Assembly: GCF_964204865.1 (NCBI RefSeq)
Contig: NC_135260.1
Span: 11,780,001-11,844,000, forward strand
Direction of reading: 5' to 3'
Source of the DNA: Styela clava
Lineage: Eukaryota
DNA length: 64,000 bases
Position 1 is the first letter of the stretch. Every line of letters starts with the position of its first letter. Below, one piece after another: positions 1-12,324 of the stretch. The position numbers and the translations under genes were made by a program. The notes beneath the pieces are model-generated. The model did no database searches. It saw nothing but the letters and a program-made list of their open reading frames with translations, and was not told the origin of the DNA.

Positions 1-68
1 TTGAGCAAGCTATCCTGAAATAAAATATTTCTCAGGTAACTTGTACTGTCATCTATTGATGCAGATCA

Positions 69-746
69 CTATAGTCGTGCCCCTTCTGCTATGTAAAAAA
101 TTGAAATAATAATTTTTTTTTCATTGTTCAATAATATATATTTTGTCGAAGTAGCTGCATATTATCAATAAAAATAAAGTCAGCTTTAATCGCTTAAGTT
201 CATGACGCACCTACCCAGTTTTGATAATTCTGATAGCACTAATTCGTTAACTTACCTAAATACACAAACGGTTGTTGACACCGTGTCGCCGATTTTGCTA
301 CGTTGGTGTTAGACCCAGTACAACATCCAACAGAAAGAAATATTCCTAAATAAAAACACTTTAAATAATATTTGATCAAGTAGGCCTAAATAGAATCAGT
401 CTTCATAATAAAGATACAGATTTCATCTCAGACTGGACTGCTGCAAAATGGTACTTTTCTACAGTTCTAGGACGAGCTTTTAAAAATTTATTTAAATTGA
501 TTATCCCTCTTTTTCCGTGGGATTTCGCTCATTACAATTAAAAAACACTTGTACATATTTCTTAATTCAATTTTAAATCTCGGTGGTCTAAAAACAAGGA
601 AATTTTAACAGTAACAGCCCTAGCAGTATATACACGACATCAAATTGATATCTTCTCGCATATTTTCGAAAACAAAAATTGATATTACCGATTGAGCCTA
701 CATCTAGACAAGACTCACCAATAGCAATCCACAAAATAATTTTCAT
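69..746 (-). CDS. Candidate small secreted-protein gene (exons 746-719, 345-256, tentative 88-69; may instead continue beyond the window edge)
   Basis: ATG at 746, donor GTGAGT, acceptor TTTAG, donor GTAAGT, all phase 1. Joined peptide MKIILWIAIGIFLSVGCCTG-SNTNVAKSATRCQQPFVYL begins with a hydrophobic signal-peptide-like stretch. Third exon uncertain. Confidence 0.35.
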
Positions 747-2741
747 ATTTTCGCTTCGTTCTGAAATATGGGCTACTTGGTTAACTGCTTCCCAGTTCAA
801 CAGTATGGCGCAATTTCAATTGGTCTCTCCTAGATCTCCTTTTACTCCGATTGTAACTGTTCAAATATTCGGTATTTGATTGCGGACTATTCTTATCAAA
901 ATTGAACGTAATAAAATTCACAACTTCTTTAGCAGTGGAGAAATGCACTATTCAAGCTCATACATTGGCGAGGCCAGCTCGTTAGTATTTGGAGTATTGG
1001 CGGAAATACTCCAATTTGAAATGAGGTGATATTTATTTTGTAATCGTAATTTGAGCTTACGAGGGCCAACTTAAAACTGTCGGGTTTTTGTAAACGAAAG
1101 ACACAAGGCTAGAGCGCCAACGTGTGTTTACCTTCATACCTTTTCAACTCATCGGCAAAAGAATTAGGCGTTGAAAGTGTATTTATATGGTATATTTTAA
1201 GAAATACAAAAACAAACTAGGTTTTGAAAATATTTTAGATTAACATAGCTGAATATCTTGACAAAATCCCTGCAGAAATATCTGATCAGAACATAGTCAT
1301 GCTAGAATCAACTTCCGCCCTCATTCGCACAGTCATCAATCATAGCCTTTTTTCACTAGGAAAAGTGTAGCTGTAGCTAGTGAATCGTTCGTTCTCTTGT
1401 GTTTGAAGGTAATTGAACAACATACTCATCCCATCGATTACGCTGCTGTCCCACTAATGCCCAGGTCAATGATATCCATAGCTATGGTCCCTTATTCACC
1501 TCTTCGTTGTTGCTAAACCTTCAGATAGATACTTCCCTAACAATGTACCGCATCAGTCGTAATATTTTCTGATGAAACTAGGTGGCAGGTGTGCACAGGA
1601 TAAGTTTCAATCACCTAAGCCAATTTGTACGCTTCAAACGACATTTTGTTAAACTTTTTACCAACCCAAGTAGACCCAGATAGCAAACATTCTCACAAAT
1701 CCCTTTGACCGCATTGAAATATCAGTCACCTCCAGTTAAAAGATAGTTGCTGACTGATCTTCGTTCCTTTTCAAATTACACAGGTTAGGGACAGACTTTT
1801 TATAATAGATGTAAAAAAAATTGAGAATCTTATATATTGGAAATCGTTGCTCTGTAGAATAACTGGATCCTCAAAGATTAATTAGTCACAATCTTGGGAA
1901 GCAAAGTGTAGTCCATACTGAACAAGTATCTATACAATCAACGTAGAACACCAGAACAACCATTTATTAATACAATATTGGCACTTTCCATACAATATAC
2001 CCATGACTGGGATTAAAGCAAGTTTCTTTTTTCATGTTTAAAAAGGATAAGACAAATGGCATTAACAAGAACAGTATTATTACATTTGAACGATTTTCAA
2101 AATGCAATATACCAAAAGCAGAGAATGAATTTATTTATTCTTGACCAATATATGAAATATTTACATTTGTATAATAAACTTTGAACATTCAGTTAAACCA
2201 ATGTATTAGTGATATCAGTGCGTTTATGTCATCATATATTCATTTCTTCTGAATTACTAAATGGAAACTAAACAATATAGAATAAACCAATGTAAATTAC
2301 AATAACTATCAACATATTATATTTAAACAGGTCATTTCAAATCATTTCTATGGAGTCTCAGGTTCTGAATGCAATCACAATAGATTGTGCCAACAAGCCT
2401 TATTTACTAGTAGTGATTTATTATATCTAATATAACTGAATTTACCACAGAGGAATCTCTTGCAAATGTCATCTTTTTATACAAGTTTATATGGTAGTTC
2501 TAAAAGTCAATGGCGAGACATTGTAAAGATTCCCAACACTCAAAATAACATTTCTTGTGTTATTTATATCTCAATGAAAGCCGTTGATAAAATTGGTCAG
2601 TTTCCATGAAACGTTTCAGCTCAGTATTGGTTCGAATTCATATCAAACGACTGCAATCATCGTTCTCATCAAGTCAATATTATGAAATAAAAAGTTTGTC
2701 ATATTTATAAAGCAGCGCAGTCCTTGCTTGTGTTACACCCA

Positions 2742-3625
2742 CTAGCTTCCGACAATAATGTTGTTGATTGGAATGTGGATGAGTTTGACAAAAAATCCAA
2801 TAAAACCCATTATTGCAAATCCAATCGCAGTTGCCAAGGCGATCTTTTGAAATTCTTTCCTATCTGGTTTGGTACATCTTTTTACCAATCTGATTGAATC
2901 TTTGCTGAATTGCTTCAGAGGTTCAACATATACCATAATCTGTATGAAGAAATTTAAACAAACGTCAATTAAATTTTTTCAAATTGAATTTTTATTAAGC
3001 ATACTCTTAATAACACAAGAGTGTTTGCTGTTATATTGATGCTGGCAAATGGATATACAGGGATCGTACAGTAGAGTTTGAAAACTGTAGTTAAAATATT
3101 ATGAATGTATTAATAAACAATTTTGGTATTGTCTGGCTTTGTTATTAGCACAGATTGAGACATAATAATAAAAAACTGCATATTATATGTACTAACAATG
3201 GGTTGGAAAACAATCTCAAATCATAGAAATGGCATAGTTATAATTTCACCAAAATAAATGCTGAACACTTGTAATTTTTTGACAGTCCCAACTTTTCTAT
3301 GAAACCAGAAAAAAGAGAAATCTTAGTTAAGATTATATTCAATCCTTAAAATAATCCATAGTGTAGTAATATTGATTCCTATTTTTAGTATATGATGTTG
3401 AGACAATACGAAATAGGTTCAGATATCAATCAGCAATTAGAAACCAATTTGGGCATTATCACATTCATTCTGACTTTTACTATATAATGGTTGAAATTAC
3501 AGAGCAACTATGCAAGTTCGCGAAAAAAAATTCACGTAAAACACAAAAACTGATTAGTGCTAAGTTAAATGATTTTAGAATCTATTCTATTATACAGTTA
3601 TAAGTCCAATGCATACCTGATCCAT
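2742..3625 (-). CDS. SEC61G: Protein transport protein Sec61 subunit gamma, 68 aa, 2 coding exons (3625-3617; 2939-2742)
   Basis: MDQ|[65 protein letters not shown] closely matches the canonical metazoan sequence. Phase-0 intron GTATGC...ATACAG. Confidence 0.97.
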
Positions 3626-4147
3626 CCTGGAATATTATAAAGTTCTTTCGTTGTCTTGAATAGAAAATAAAAAAATTCTTTTGATCACTCGCTATAGTAC
3701 AGGCAACTGGGACGCACAGCAACTAACACGTAGCGAGAAATGTGACAGATCGACACGAAATTCTGAACGCTAGCGAGTGCGCTGGTAAATATGACGAAAG
3801 AGAAGTCTACAGTTGTGGTGACGTTGCAGCTACTGTCGGTCATGCGTATCGAAATTGGATTTTAGAATGATACCCTTTATCGCCTCTGGCGTTACTCGTA
3901 CTGGCTTGTGAATGTGAACGAAAAAGATTTCGATTTAACAATCATTAATGGAATTTAATTAATGACTAGAGCAATATGTATTATAAATATATACATATCT
4001 AGTAATAGAGCAAATTTGTGCAGCAGTGGTTATACACGAATTACTGCTCCTAAAATACGGTAAATTAATACAAACAAATACTGATTCGCCATTCACGAAT
4101 CTTAATAAACGACGAAAAAGACTCCAAACAGATCCCAACCAGATATT

Positions 4148-5547
4148 CTATCCAACAAATACGTCAAATATCTTACCGAATTTGATTTCTTCATATGGTA
4201 TCTTATGAACATCTCCCTTTGCTTTACACAAAAAAACTCTTTCATCCGTAATATGTTCACAACTAATTCGATTAAACCTAAATATTACGTTTTGCGAATC
4301 ATGATCGTTTCATATGATGAATATGAATATATATATATACTTATACATCATCAGTCGGAAAAAATGTAAAATTTAAAATTGTACCAGCATGCCTACAGTG
4401 TTGAAAAGCTCGTATAATTAGATACAATTTACTATCACAGTATACACCCTCACTAATTTTGTTTGAAATACTCCTCGGTTCTTCGACACAGGCACTGGGT
4501 GTTTTCATTTGCACTATTCTGAACGAAAAAAAAAATATTGAGCTTCTAAGATTGACTTTGCTATAAATTATCAAAGTTGTCGGTATAAATAATTAAATTC
4601 ATTATCGCTGTAGACATGAGCTGACCATGACTGAAAAATTGGATAACAGCTTGGAGCATACTCGGTGAGGGCCTAGGCCACTTTTATTGAAGCAGATAAG
4701 TTATTAATATACATGACTACGAGACTGCTGCATAAAATAGTTCGGTGTAAATCATTTGCGACCTGCACGACAGATCCAGCAGTCAAGGAAGATAGGAACC
4801 TCAGTTGCGTTTCCCATCAAAAATAATTGATCATGTGTATTTCAGTCACATAAGTACCAAAGGTGACATCAGTTACCATACTCATGGATATATATATATA
4901 TGTCCAGTCAATTGCAATAGACTTGATATCCGAACAAAAAATCTGCATATCGCATAGGACGTATGGGTGAATCGACGGTTACGTGTATGTATAAGAGAGG
5001 TTTTGCGTGGTTTCGGGCAGAATTAAGATTAGGATAAATTATAGAAAATATTTTCAAAATATAATTCAAGTTCATGGACGCCATCTTGTGCCATATTTAG
5101 GAAACGCGGAACAATAGAGTCTTATGGGAAATTTTCGTCGTGTTGTTGTACCGAATCGGATAAGTCAGCTGTTATGAGGGCGAGAATGAAGCCGAAGGGT
5201 GGATTTTGAACTTTAAGCTACATGCTACCTAAATATATAACAAACTATCTAACTATCTATATAAAAAACTATCTAACGCGTTGAATTTGACCACAAACAC
5301 AAGGTAGAACCACTTTTGATCATTTTTTCGTAAATTTTATAGTGATACGTCAATTTGACGCTGTAAAATGTCTCCGCAAAAATCTTACAATGTCATTTGT
5401 TCTTATATTCGTATGCAGTGAATTACGTGAGCCGTTAAGGGTTAGTATTATCTTTTTCCTGTTCGTATTTTAACGATTCATAGAACTTGATGTACGACGA
5501 AAACGACTCCTTAGTCTCGACAGTTTTTAAAATTGTTTTGAACCCAT
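4148..5547 (-). pseudogene. Paralog B1 of the unrecognised tandem gene family (5' exons degenerate, middle exons apparently missing, last two exons open)
   Basis: First exon ATG GGT TCA AAA CAA TTT TAA (MGSKQF*). 4760-5020 is homologous to 9340-9610. Exons ~4518-4453 and ~4262-4148 splice in frame to ...TEEYFKQNYCEHITDERVFLCKAKGDVHKIPYEEIKFGKIFDVFVG*, homologous to 6250-6640. Confidence 0.55.
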
Positions 5548-6249
5548 CAGTCAAAATCTGACGACCTACAAAACTTAATGTTTAGCAACAAGATGCTTGT
5601 CGGAGACTTCAAAATGGCTTCATATATAATATATACATATTTTGAAAGTTTTTAAGAGAAAACTTTAAGAAACAAGAGAGCAATGATGAATCATAAGGAC
5701 ACGAAAGCCAAAACGAAGTAGTACGGGTTGCTAATCTTCTCTAATACCGGTACAGGGGCATAGTCTTCGCGACTTTGACTGACCACCACTAGATCGTAAC
5801 GAGCGCGGAACCGTGTGTAGAGTCAACAATACAAAATATAGTCCATATAGAATTATATATATATTTCATAAATATTTATTACTAAAATGGTATATTATAC
5901 TGGAAATAGAATTATAAATAGATATAATTAATACATATAAATTAAGGAGATAAAATAGTTAATCAGAATAGGAAATAATAGGCGAAGCTGGAGAACAGGC
6001 AATCCCGGGCCATCTAATGTTGTGATATCCTGAAATTTTAAAAATAGTAGTATTATGAAAAAAGGTTCTCATAATTTTGATTCAAGCATAAAATGTAAAA
6101 ATTGAGAGCGGATATCCAGCAAATTATTTTGTAATAGCAAGTTCATTTTGTCGCTATACAATTTCCCTTCAAATCATTCCTGTTTTATTAAAAATAATTA
6201 TAAAGACTGGGTAAATCTTCTCATTAGTGTAGCAATACACGGTAGTGCT

Positions 6250-9200
6250 CATGATTCGATTGCGAGAAAGAAGAAAGATATAAACAGATCCAAACCAGAT
6301 TTTCTAACCAACAAAACCTTGAAGATCTTACCAAATTTAATTTCTTCATACGGTAGTTTTTCGAGTTCTCCCTCAAGAATGGCATGGAACTATGCAAAAG
6401 AATATTTATATCAAAAAACTTTTAATCTGTGATATGTTCCTCCCTAACTCAGTCTAATAATGCCAATTTTATATTTATACGTTAAAATATGAACATAAAT
6501 CATTACAGTATTCAATGTAATTTATCATCAGAGTATACCACACTTACTAATTTGGTTTGAAATACTCCTCGATAGTCAGACACAGGAGCTGGATATTTTC
6601 TTTTGCTCTTCTCCCCAATGCCTCCCTCTCTTACATTGTTCTAAAAAAAATTGATCTTTCATAAATACATCTGATAAAACTTAAATTAAAAATATCTGCA
6701 TATAATATTAATCAAACATTGTGGTCTTTAGCTCACCATAACATGAAGAATATTCGGTAATCTACGCTATTTTCTATCGAAGCAGTTATTGAACTAAACT
6801 ACAGATTTGCTTGGTACCTAAGCAACATCCAGGGTGCTCCAGAAAGGTAACCAATATGGAAGTAAACTCATTTTGTTTGCCTACTTTACAAACTATGGAC
6901 AAGGGGCTAACACGGACAGTCTCCGAACTCCTAATAGAACTAAAATATTTCCAGTTCAACCGGAAAGCTTGAGAAATATCGGAATAAAAGTATGACCTAA
7001 CCCTAATCCGTATTTGCTCTGGTACATATATATATTATGGGAATACCACATCCAGTATTATATAACCTTAGAGAAATATTTTCATCATAACATGTATTCA
7101 TTAATACTAACATTACAAGATCGAACAGAAGTGCTTTTCCGGCGTTGATTGAAAAACCTGGAATTACAATAATTTATTTTAAAATTTATGTTCCATGTAT
7201 TATAGTTTGGGAGTAGTTTTACATTTTCTTCGCAAACGAACAATATAATTTAATACTAATCATTGCTTCAAATCTCAAATAAGAATCCCTGGTGGACACT
7301 GCGGAGTCGCATGCTTTCTTTACAGAGTAACTTACTTGTTTGCCTTGTGCTCAAAACTTCCTGAGTCAGGAATGTGCTTGTTTGATTTATCAACTCGGAA
7401 TTTCTTGGTAACATTTTTGATTCTTTTATCATCGCCTTTAGCTGGGATTCTCAGCTGGGTGAAAATAATAAAATCAAGAAATAATTCAACGGACAACTCT
7501 AAGTGGTGTTTTCCATTAAGAACATCAAACTTTAAATTAAAAAAACGAGAACTTAGTATGCAACATTATCCAGGTAACATAAAAATATAGCAAAACAACT
7601 AATATACTGACTTCGGAAAATTTCGCCAATGCATCCTTCGTCGTCCATAATTTTTCTCGGAGTTTCTATAAAACATTGAGTTGATATTCGTTTTTCGTCA
7701 ATGTTTTTTAAGAAATTTAAATTTAAGACCAAATGTATGATGGACTCACTTCATTCGTTTTTCTTAACGCGGCATTTTCCGCTCGTAACTTTTCCAGTTC
7801 ACTGAAATTTATTTTCATATTGATTCGTTATTCTAATTACGAATGAAAAGAGAGGTTATGAAAATCGTTAAACGATAGTCATAGACATTCATAGTATTTT
7901 CTCTAGTTATTTCACGGAACTTGAAATGAATTTTGTCGAAATTAAAACAATTTATTTCTTGAGTAATAAGTATTTCCCTATTGCCCATTGTCAATTTATA
8001 TCAAATTCTTCGATGAAGTCTTAATTGGCTGTAATAGAAACTGTGCTTTATTGATCACATTAAGTATGCTCGCCAATCAACCAATATAGTTACACTCACG
8101 TCTGTTCTTCACAATCTTTAGATTTCTGAACAATAAAATAAAAATGATTTCACACAAAATAAATGTGTGGTTTCATCTTATTTATAATATAAAAATATGC
8201 TACAACCTTGCTGGGTGCAGATTCTATTGTTGCACTTCGATGTCCTACGGAACTAATCGTCAATAATGAATCCCAATTTGATGTTTCCTAAACATAAAAT
8301 CTTCAATAAGAAAAACATATGATGAAAACTAGGCGCTCCCAGAAGTAAAATTGAAATGCAAAGCACAACACGGTTTCTGAAACAGTTCAAATTACCTTAT
8401 GTTTATTTGAAGCGAAGTTCTGACTAGTTATGGCGAGTGTTGATTCCTCGCCAGAAGTTTGTAGATAATTTTCTCCTCTAATAACCACATTCTGCAAAAA
8501 TAAAATTAATTTTAAAAAATAACGTAAACAACGATTATACTCATATCGTTCAACACAAAAAAAAAACTTCCCCGGACTTTGGCCGTACGTGAAAAGTCAT
8601 ATTATATTAGATATTGCTGATATTCTAAAAAGAAAACGTTATTTGATAACTTACATTTCCACGAAGCATGCCAACAACGAGTCCTCGCAAGAGTTGCGAA
8701 ATATAATCGGGAACAAACGCTCTCGTCGAGTATGTAACGTTTGAAGCCCACAGAACCATATGTGTTCTCGCCGTTCGCAATGCTTCTCGCATCCTAGATG
8801 GACGAGAAGAAAGACGTGGAATTTTTCAGATTTGATATTCATTCACCATATTTTATTAAATATATCAATACACACTCACTGTCTACGTCTTCTGATGTTC
8901 TTTTCAAATTCCGATTCGTGGACCCAATTTGCTTCAGCGAAAGCTCCGGTTCTAAAATAGAATATCGATAGATTTCATATCATTCATGGTGAATTTAAAT
9001 AAATATAAATTCAAAAATGTTGTGTGTAGTAATTGTGGTGAAATGTAACCGCATTATACTGGAATTCAAAAGTGAGATCTTCCAACTTTGATCAAGTATG
9101 AATATCAAAGAGTATACTAGGTTGAGAAATTTCAAAAACCAAAGACAAGCTTCTCTTTCTTCGTAAATGAAATTGGGATCGATAAAAGCAGCTCTTCTTT

Positions 9201-10237
9201 TCAAATGGAGACGATCTTTTTTGTCAAACGAAGAATCCGCTTATTACAATTGTATTACGGAATTTGCGGATTATCGAAGGTATCGCTTTCAGATTACAAG
9301 AAGTCAACTTAAAATAGTTTGTTGAAATTCACAAAAGACCTGCATAACAGATCCTTGCAGAAGACGATGTGACCGGAACCTCAGTCTCGTATTTCCCATC
9401 AGAAAACGATGATCGATTGTATTTTCATTCCCATATCATTATTGAATGTTGGTGTCTATGAGCTTGGATATGTCCGACCGATTGTCGTAGTCCACCTTAC
9501 TAGACTCAATATCCGAACGAAAAATCTATATATTGCAAAGGGTTTATGGGTGGATGAATGGTTATGTACATGGAAGATGATTTATGTGTTTGCGTATTAT
9601 TAGGTAGAATTATGATTCGGTGACATATATACGAGTTATTCAAAAAAAGAAGAAATGTGAAATGAAAAAAAATAAAATATGTTAACGAAACTACGTTTTG
9701 ATCTGAATAAGTTATTTGGAAATTTCTCAGTGAGTTCGGCATAAATTGTGTAGTATTCTAACGACCATAAACTATATTGCTAGCTGTAGACTTGCTATTT
9801 TTAAAAGTATACTGAACACAGTAACATCTCAATGTATTAAAAAATAAACAGTTATATGAATTAACGTTACCAAAACATATAAATAATGTTTTAAAAAAAG
9901 ATATAATGAACTATTGCTTCAATTTTTAATCAAATGTTCCTGCATCGCATAAATATGTCAGTTGCATTAAAAAATTCAATTAGTCTACTTACAGAAGCGA
10001 GAGTTGTTTTGTCCTGACATTTTTCTTCTCGCTACCAAATCCATCTTGCTTTGCGGAATCTTTGGACATAGGCTTGTCTAAAGGTGTTTTGTTGTTTTCC
10101 GTGCTGTTCTGTCCCGCCATCGCATATTTTTGTTTCCGCAGTTTCCACTTTCTCTTATTCCCATGAAGTGATTCATTGCTATTAAATTTATCACCCGAAG
10201 TCTTTCCTCTTTTCAATTTACAACAATTCGAGCCCAT
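6250..10237 (-). CDS. Paralog A1: multi-exon uncharacterised protein with MGSNCC N-terminus (predicted myristoylation plus palmitoylation) and a short coiled coil; partly degenerate, gene or recent pseudogene
   Basis: Exon 1 is 10237-9993. About ten consecutive phase-compatible GT-AG exons between ~8951 and ~6737 read TGAFAEANWVHESEFEKNIRRRR/MREALRTARTHM...GMLRGN/NVVIRGENYLQTSGEE.../ETSNWDSLL.../KSKDCEEQ/ELEKLRAENAALRKTNE/KLREKLW.../LRIPAKGDDK.../FFNQRR.../FSSITAS.... Stops occur in the exon-2 region (~9340-9600) and the last exons. Confidence 0.6.
6833..7047. mobile_element. Merlin-like MITE (GG termini, 8-bp TSD ACATCCAG), intronic; duplicated at 19258-19472
   Basis: ACATCCAG|GGTGCTCC...GGAATACC|ACATCCAG; internal CCTAACCCTAA. 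Confidence 0.7.
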
Positions 10238-10714
10238 TCTCAGGTATTAGTAGGATAATTTCAGATGTATTCGTCGCAAAACCTGTAATCTAACTGAAAG
10301 TTAGAGATCTAGATGGGGAAAATAATGGTAACTAATTAGGTTGCTGCCCTCAAAATACTGAGCAATAAATTGAAATAGGTAAAGACTAGTGTTGCAATAA
10401 CCTACAATAAAAGCATACCTAGCATTCGACTTTTATAACTGCACAACCGAAGTATTAGCTGGAACTAAAATAGCTAGAACTATCTCTATTTGATAAATTG
10501 CAACAAATAGTTAATGGACAGGCAGTAGGTAACCTGGGTAACCTTCATATATTATGGCGTCATTATGTATTACCATTGTGACTGTCAAGGATTGTTGCTT
10601 GGGAATGAAAGGTCAAAGTTCTTGACTTTCGTATAAACTTCAAATCGGGCAACTATGAACATGAGGAAGCATTCTAATATATCGACAATATGAAAGCACT
10701 CACTGCTTGAGACT

Positions 10715-10846
10715 AGAGATGTACCGATACCACTTTTGTCGCCGAAACCAATACCGATCCGGTACCAACGGAAAAATGTCGATACCGATTCGCTAATATT
10801 TCAAAAAGCCGATATAGCCGATACCAATATTCGAATACTATGTTAT
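10715..10846 (+). mobile_element. hAT-type element left end (TAGAGATG terminus, CCGATACC subterminal repeats); second copy ~23065-23188
   Basis: TAGAGATGTACCGATACC followed by several CCGATA(C) repeats. No matching right end found. Confidence 0.55.
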
Positions 10847-11755
10847 AATTTCGTTAAGTGTGCAGGACACACGGCTTGAAACAATAGTTTGTGAGCATTA
10901 CTCAGAGTGTACGTTATTTCAGATTAAAAAATAAATATTTCAGACAATGAGAAATTGATGTTTGTGATCCAAATGCATTAATTGATTCAGATGCATCGTG
11001 CACCGGCGCTAGTAATGTCGGTGTTCTATTGGAAAACTCATAGGATTTGGCTACCATAAGTGGTAAAATAAATAAATGTTTACTTATCCTAATCTGACGT
11101 TTGTTTGACGTCGTCTGCTGCTGAACTCAGCAAACACGGTGTCGCTGACACGATGACTCCGATAGTCTTTCGCGTCCCGCGTCATTTGCGGAAATATTGA
11201 ATATCTCTTTATTGGACACGTTAGTTCAGAAGGCTATTAATTTTATTTATTTCTAAATTTCCTATGAATCTTTTGAGATCTAATATTTCCTCTAAAATTT
11301 CGCTGTATTACTTCTTGAATATGGGAATACGGTTTTTAATCCGCCAAGCGTGACGGCTAATTCTACAAATTGTTCCTACTCGGAACTCGGAAGTTTTTTG
11401 AGGTTACCGGTAATGCTAAAGGTGTGGTAAACTGCTGCAGTGAGTATTTTTTTGGTTGGTGTTAATATAATTGTAGACTGTGCTGTCATGATACCGTAGT
11501 AAATTGAATCAGTTGGCAGGTTGGTATTTCAATTCACGTAGAAACGGAATCGTCACAGGACCTTGAAAATCCGTGTACCGGTCTATCTGTCTCACAAACG
11601 AGGACCCTCTGACATTGCGACTTTTTGTTAAAACTTTCGAATGCTAAGTTTTTTTCCGGTAGATCGGATTATTTTTTATCAAAGGAATTCATTGGTGACG
11701 TTTTTAAATTGCGTTTTTTTGCGCGGTGTTGGTTTGTCGATATGGTTGCCTAAAC

Positions 11756-11830
11756 CAGTGGACCCCAACCTTTCTACTGGTGAAACTGAAAAAAAAAATG
11801 TACTCGCGGACCGGCAAAAATTGAAATGAG
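11756..11830 (+). mobile_element. Truncated hAT (Charlie-like) MITE end
   Basis: CAGTGGACCCCAACCTTT...CGCGGACCGGC resembles the CAGTGGTTCCCAAACT end at 32720. No partner TIR or TSD found. Confidence 0.4.
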
Positions 11831-12324
11831 TGGAACAGAAAATAATAACATATATTTGCGTAATGTCAGGCAATCACTATGCTTTTAGAACATCTTTAGT
11901 CACATCTTGACTATACTTGAAAATACATAACAACCTCGCTTGACTTACTTGAGGGACAGATTGACTTGTTTCAGCGGAATGGTTCACCAAACTGTTCTTC
12001 CACACTGCATTTCTAATAGGTGTTTCCTAAACGTGAAGTCTTAGATAAGAAAATCGTGATAGAAATATATAGTAAAATATTTTACATTTTGAGGGACAAT
12101 TCAGATTATCTTAAGTTGATTTGATTGCATGTTATCCTGAGTTATAGCGAGTCTTGACTCCCCGCGGGAAGTCTGTAGGAAATCTTCTCCTCTTCCAATC
12201 ACTACATTATTCTGTAATACATCAAATTCATATAAAAAATATATACTGCGAAAGTAACAACGATTATACTCGTACAAAATCTTTCCTTGACCTTGGTCCG
12301 AATATAAAATTCATATTATACTAT

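Larger units (their letters stand above)
4702..10846 (+). repeat. Segmental duplication, copy 1 (~6.1 kb; partner 17159-23188)
   Basis: Continuous high identity from TATTAA(T/G)ATACATGACTACGAG to ATACTATGTTAT, with scattered SNPs and small indels. ORF-track peptides recur in pairs (9989/22428, 8995/21435, 8760/21200). Confidence 0.97.

Noticed and set aside
750-960. Minus-strand frame with RSKR/RSRR/RTKR furin-like sites
   Set aside because: Interrupted by stops, with no start or signal peptide in that frame. More simply the 5' region of the candidate gene starting at 746.
8650-8951. Vang/Strabismus similarity of EFEKNIRRRR..MREAL
   Set aside because: Only a short basic-helix resemblance; no four-TM region, PDZ-binding end or other Vangl motifs.
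8200-9400. cGAS/Mab-21-like nucleotidyltransferase motif in paralog A (QGSVMQ; SGEE...NWDS)
   Set aside because: No properly spaced hG[GS]x9-13[DE]h[DE] motif. Cannot be supported without a profile search.
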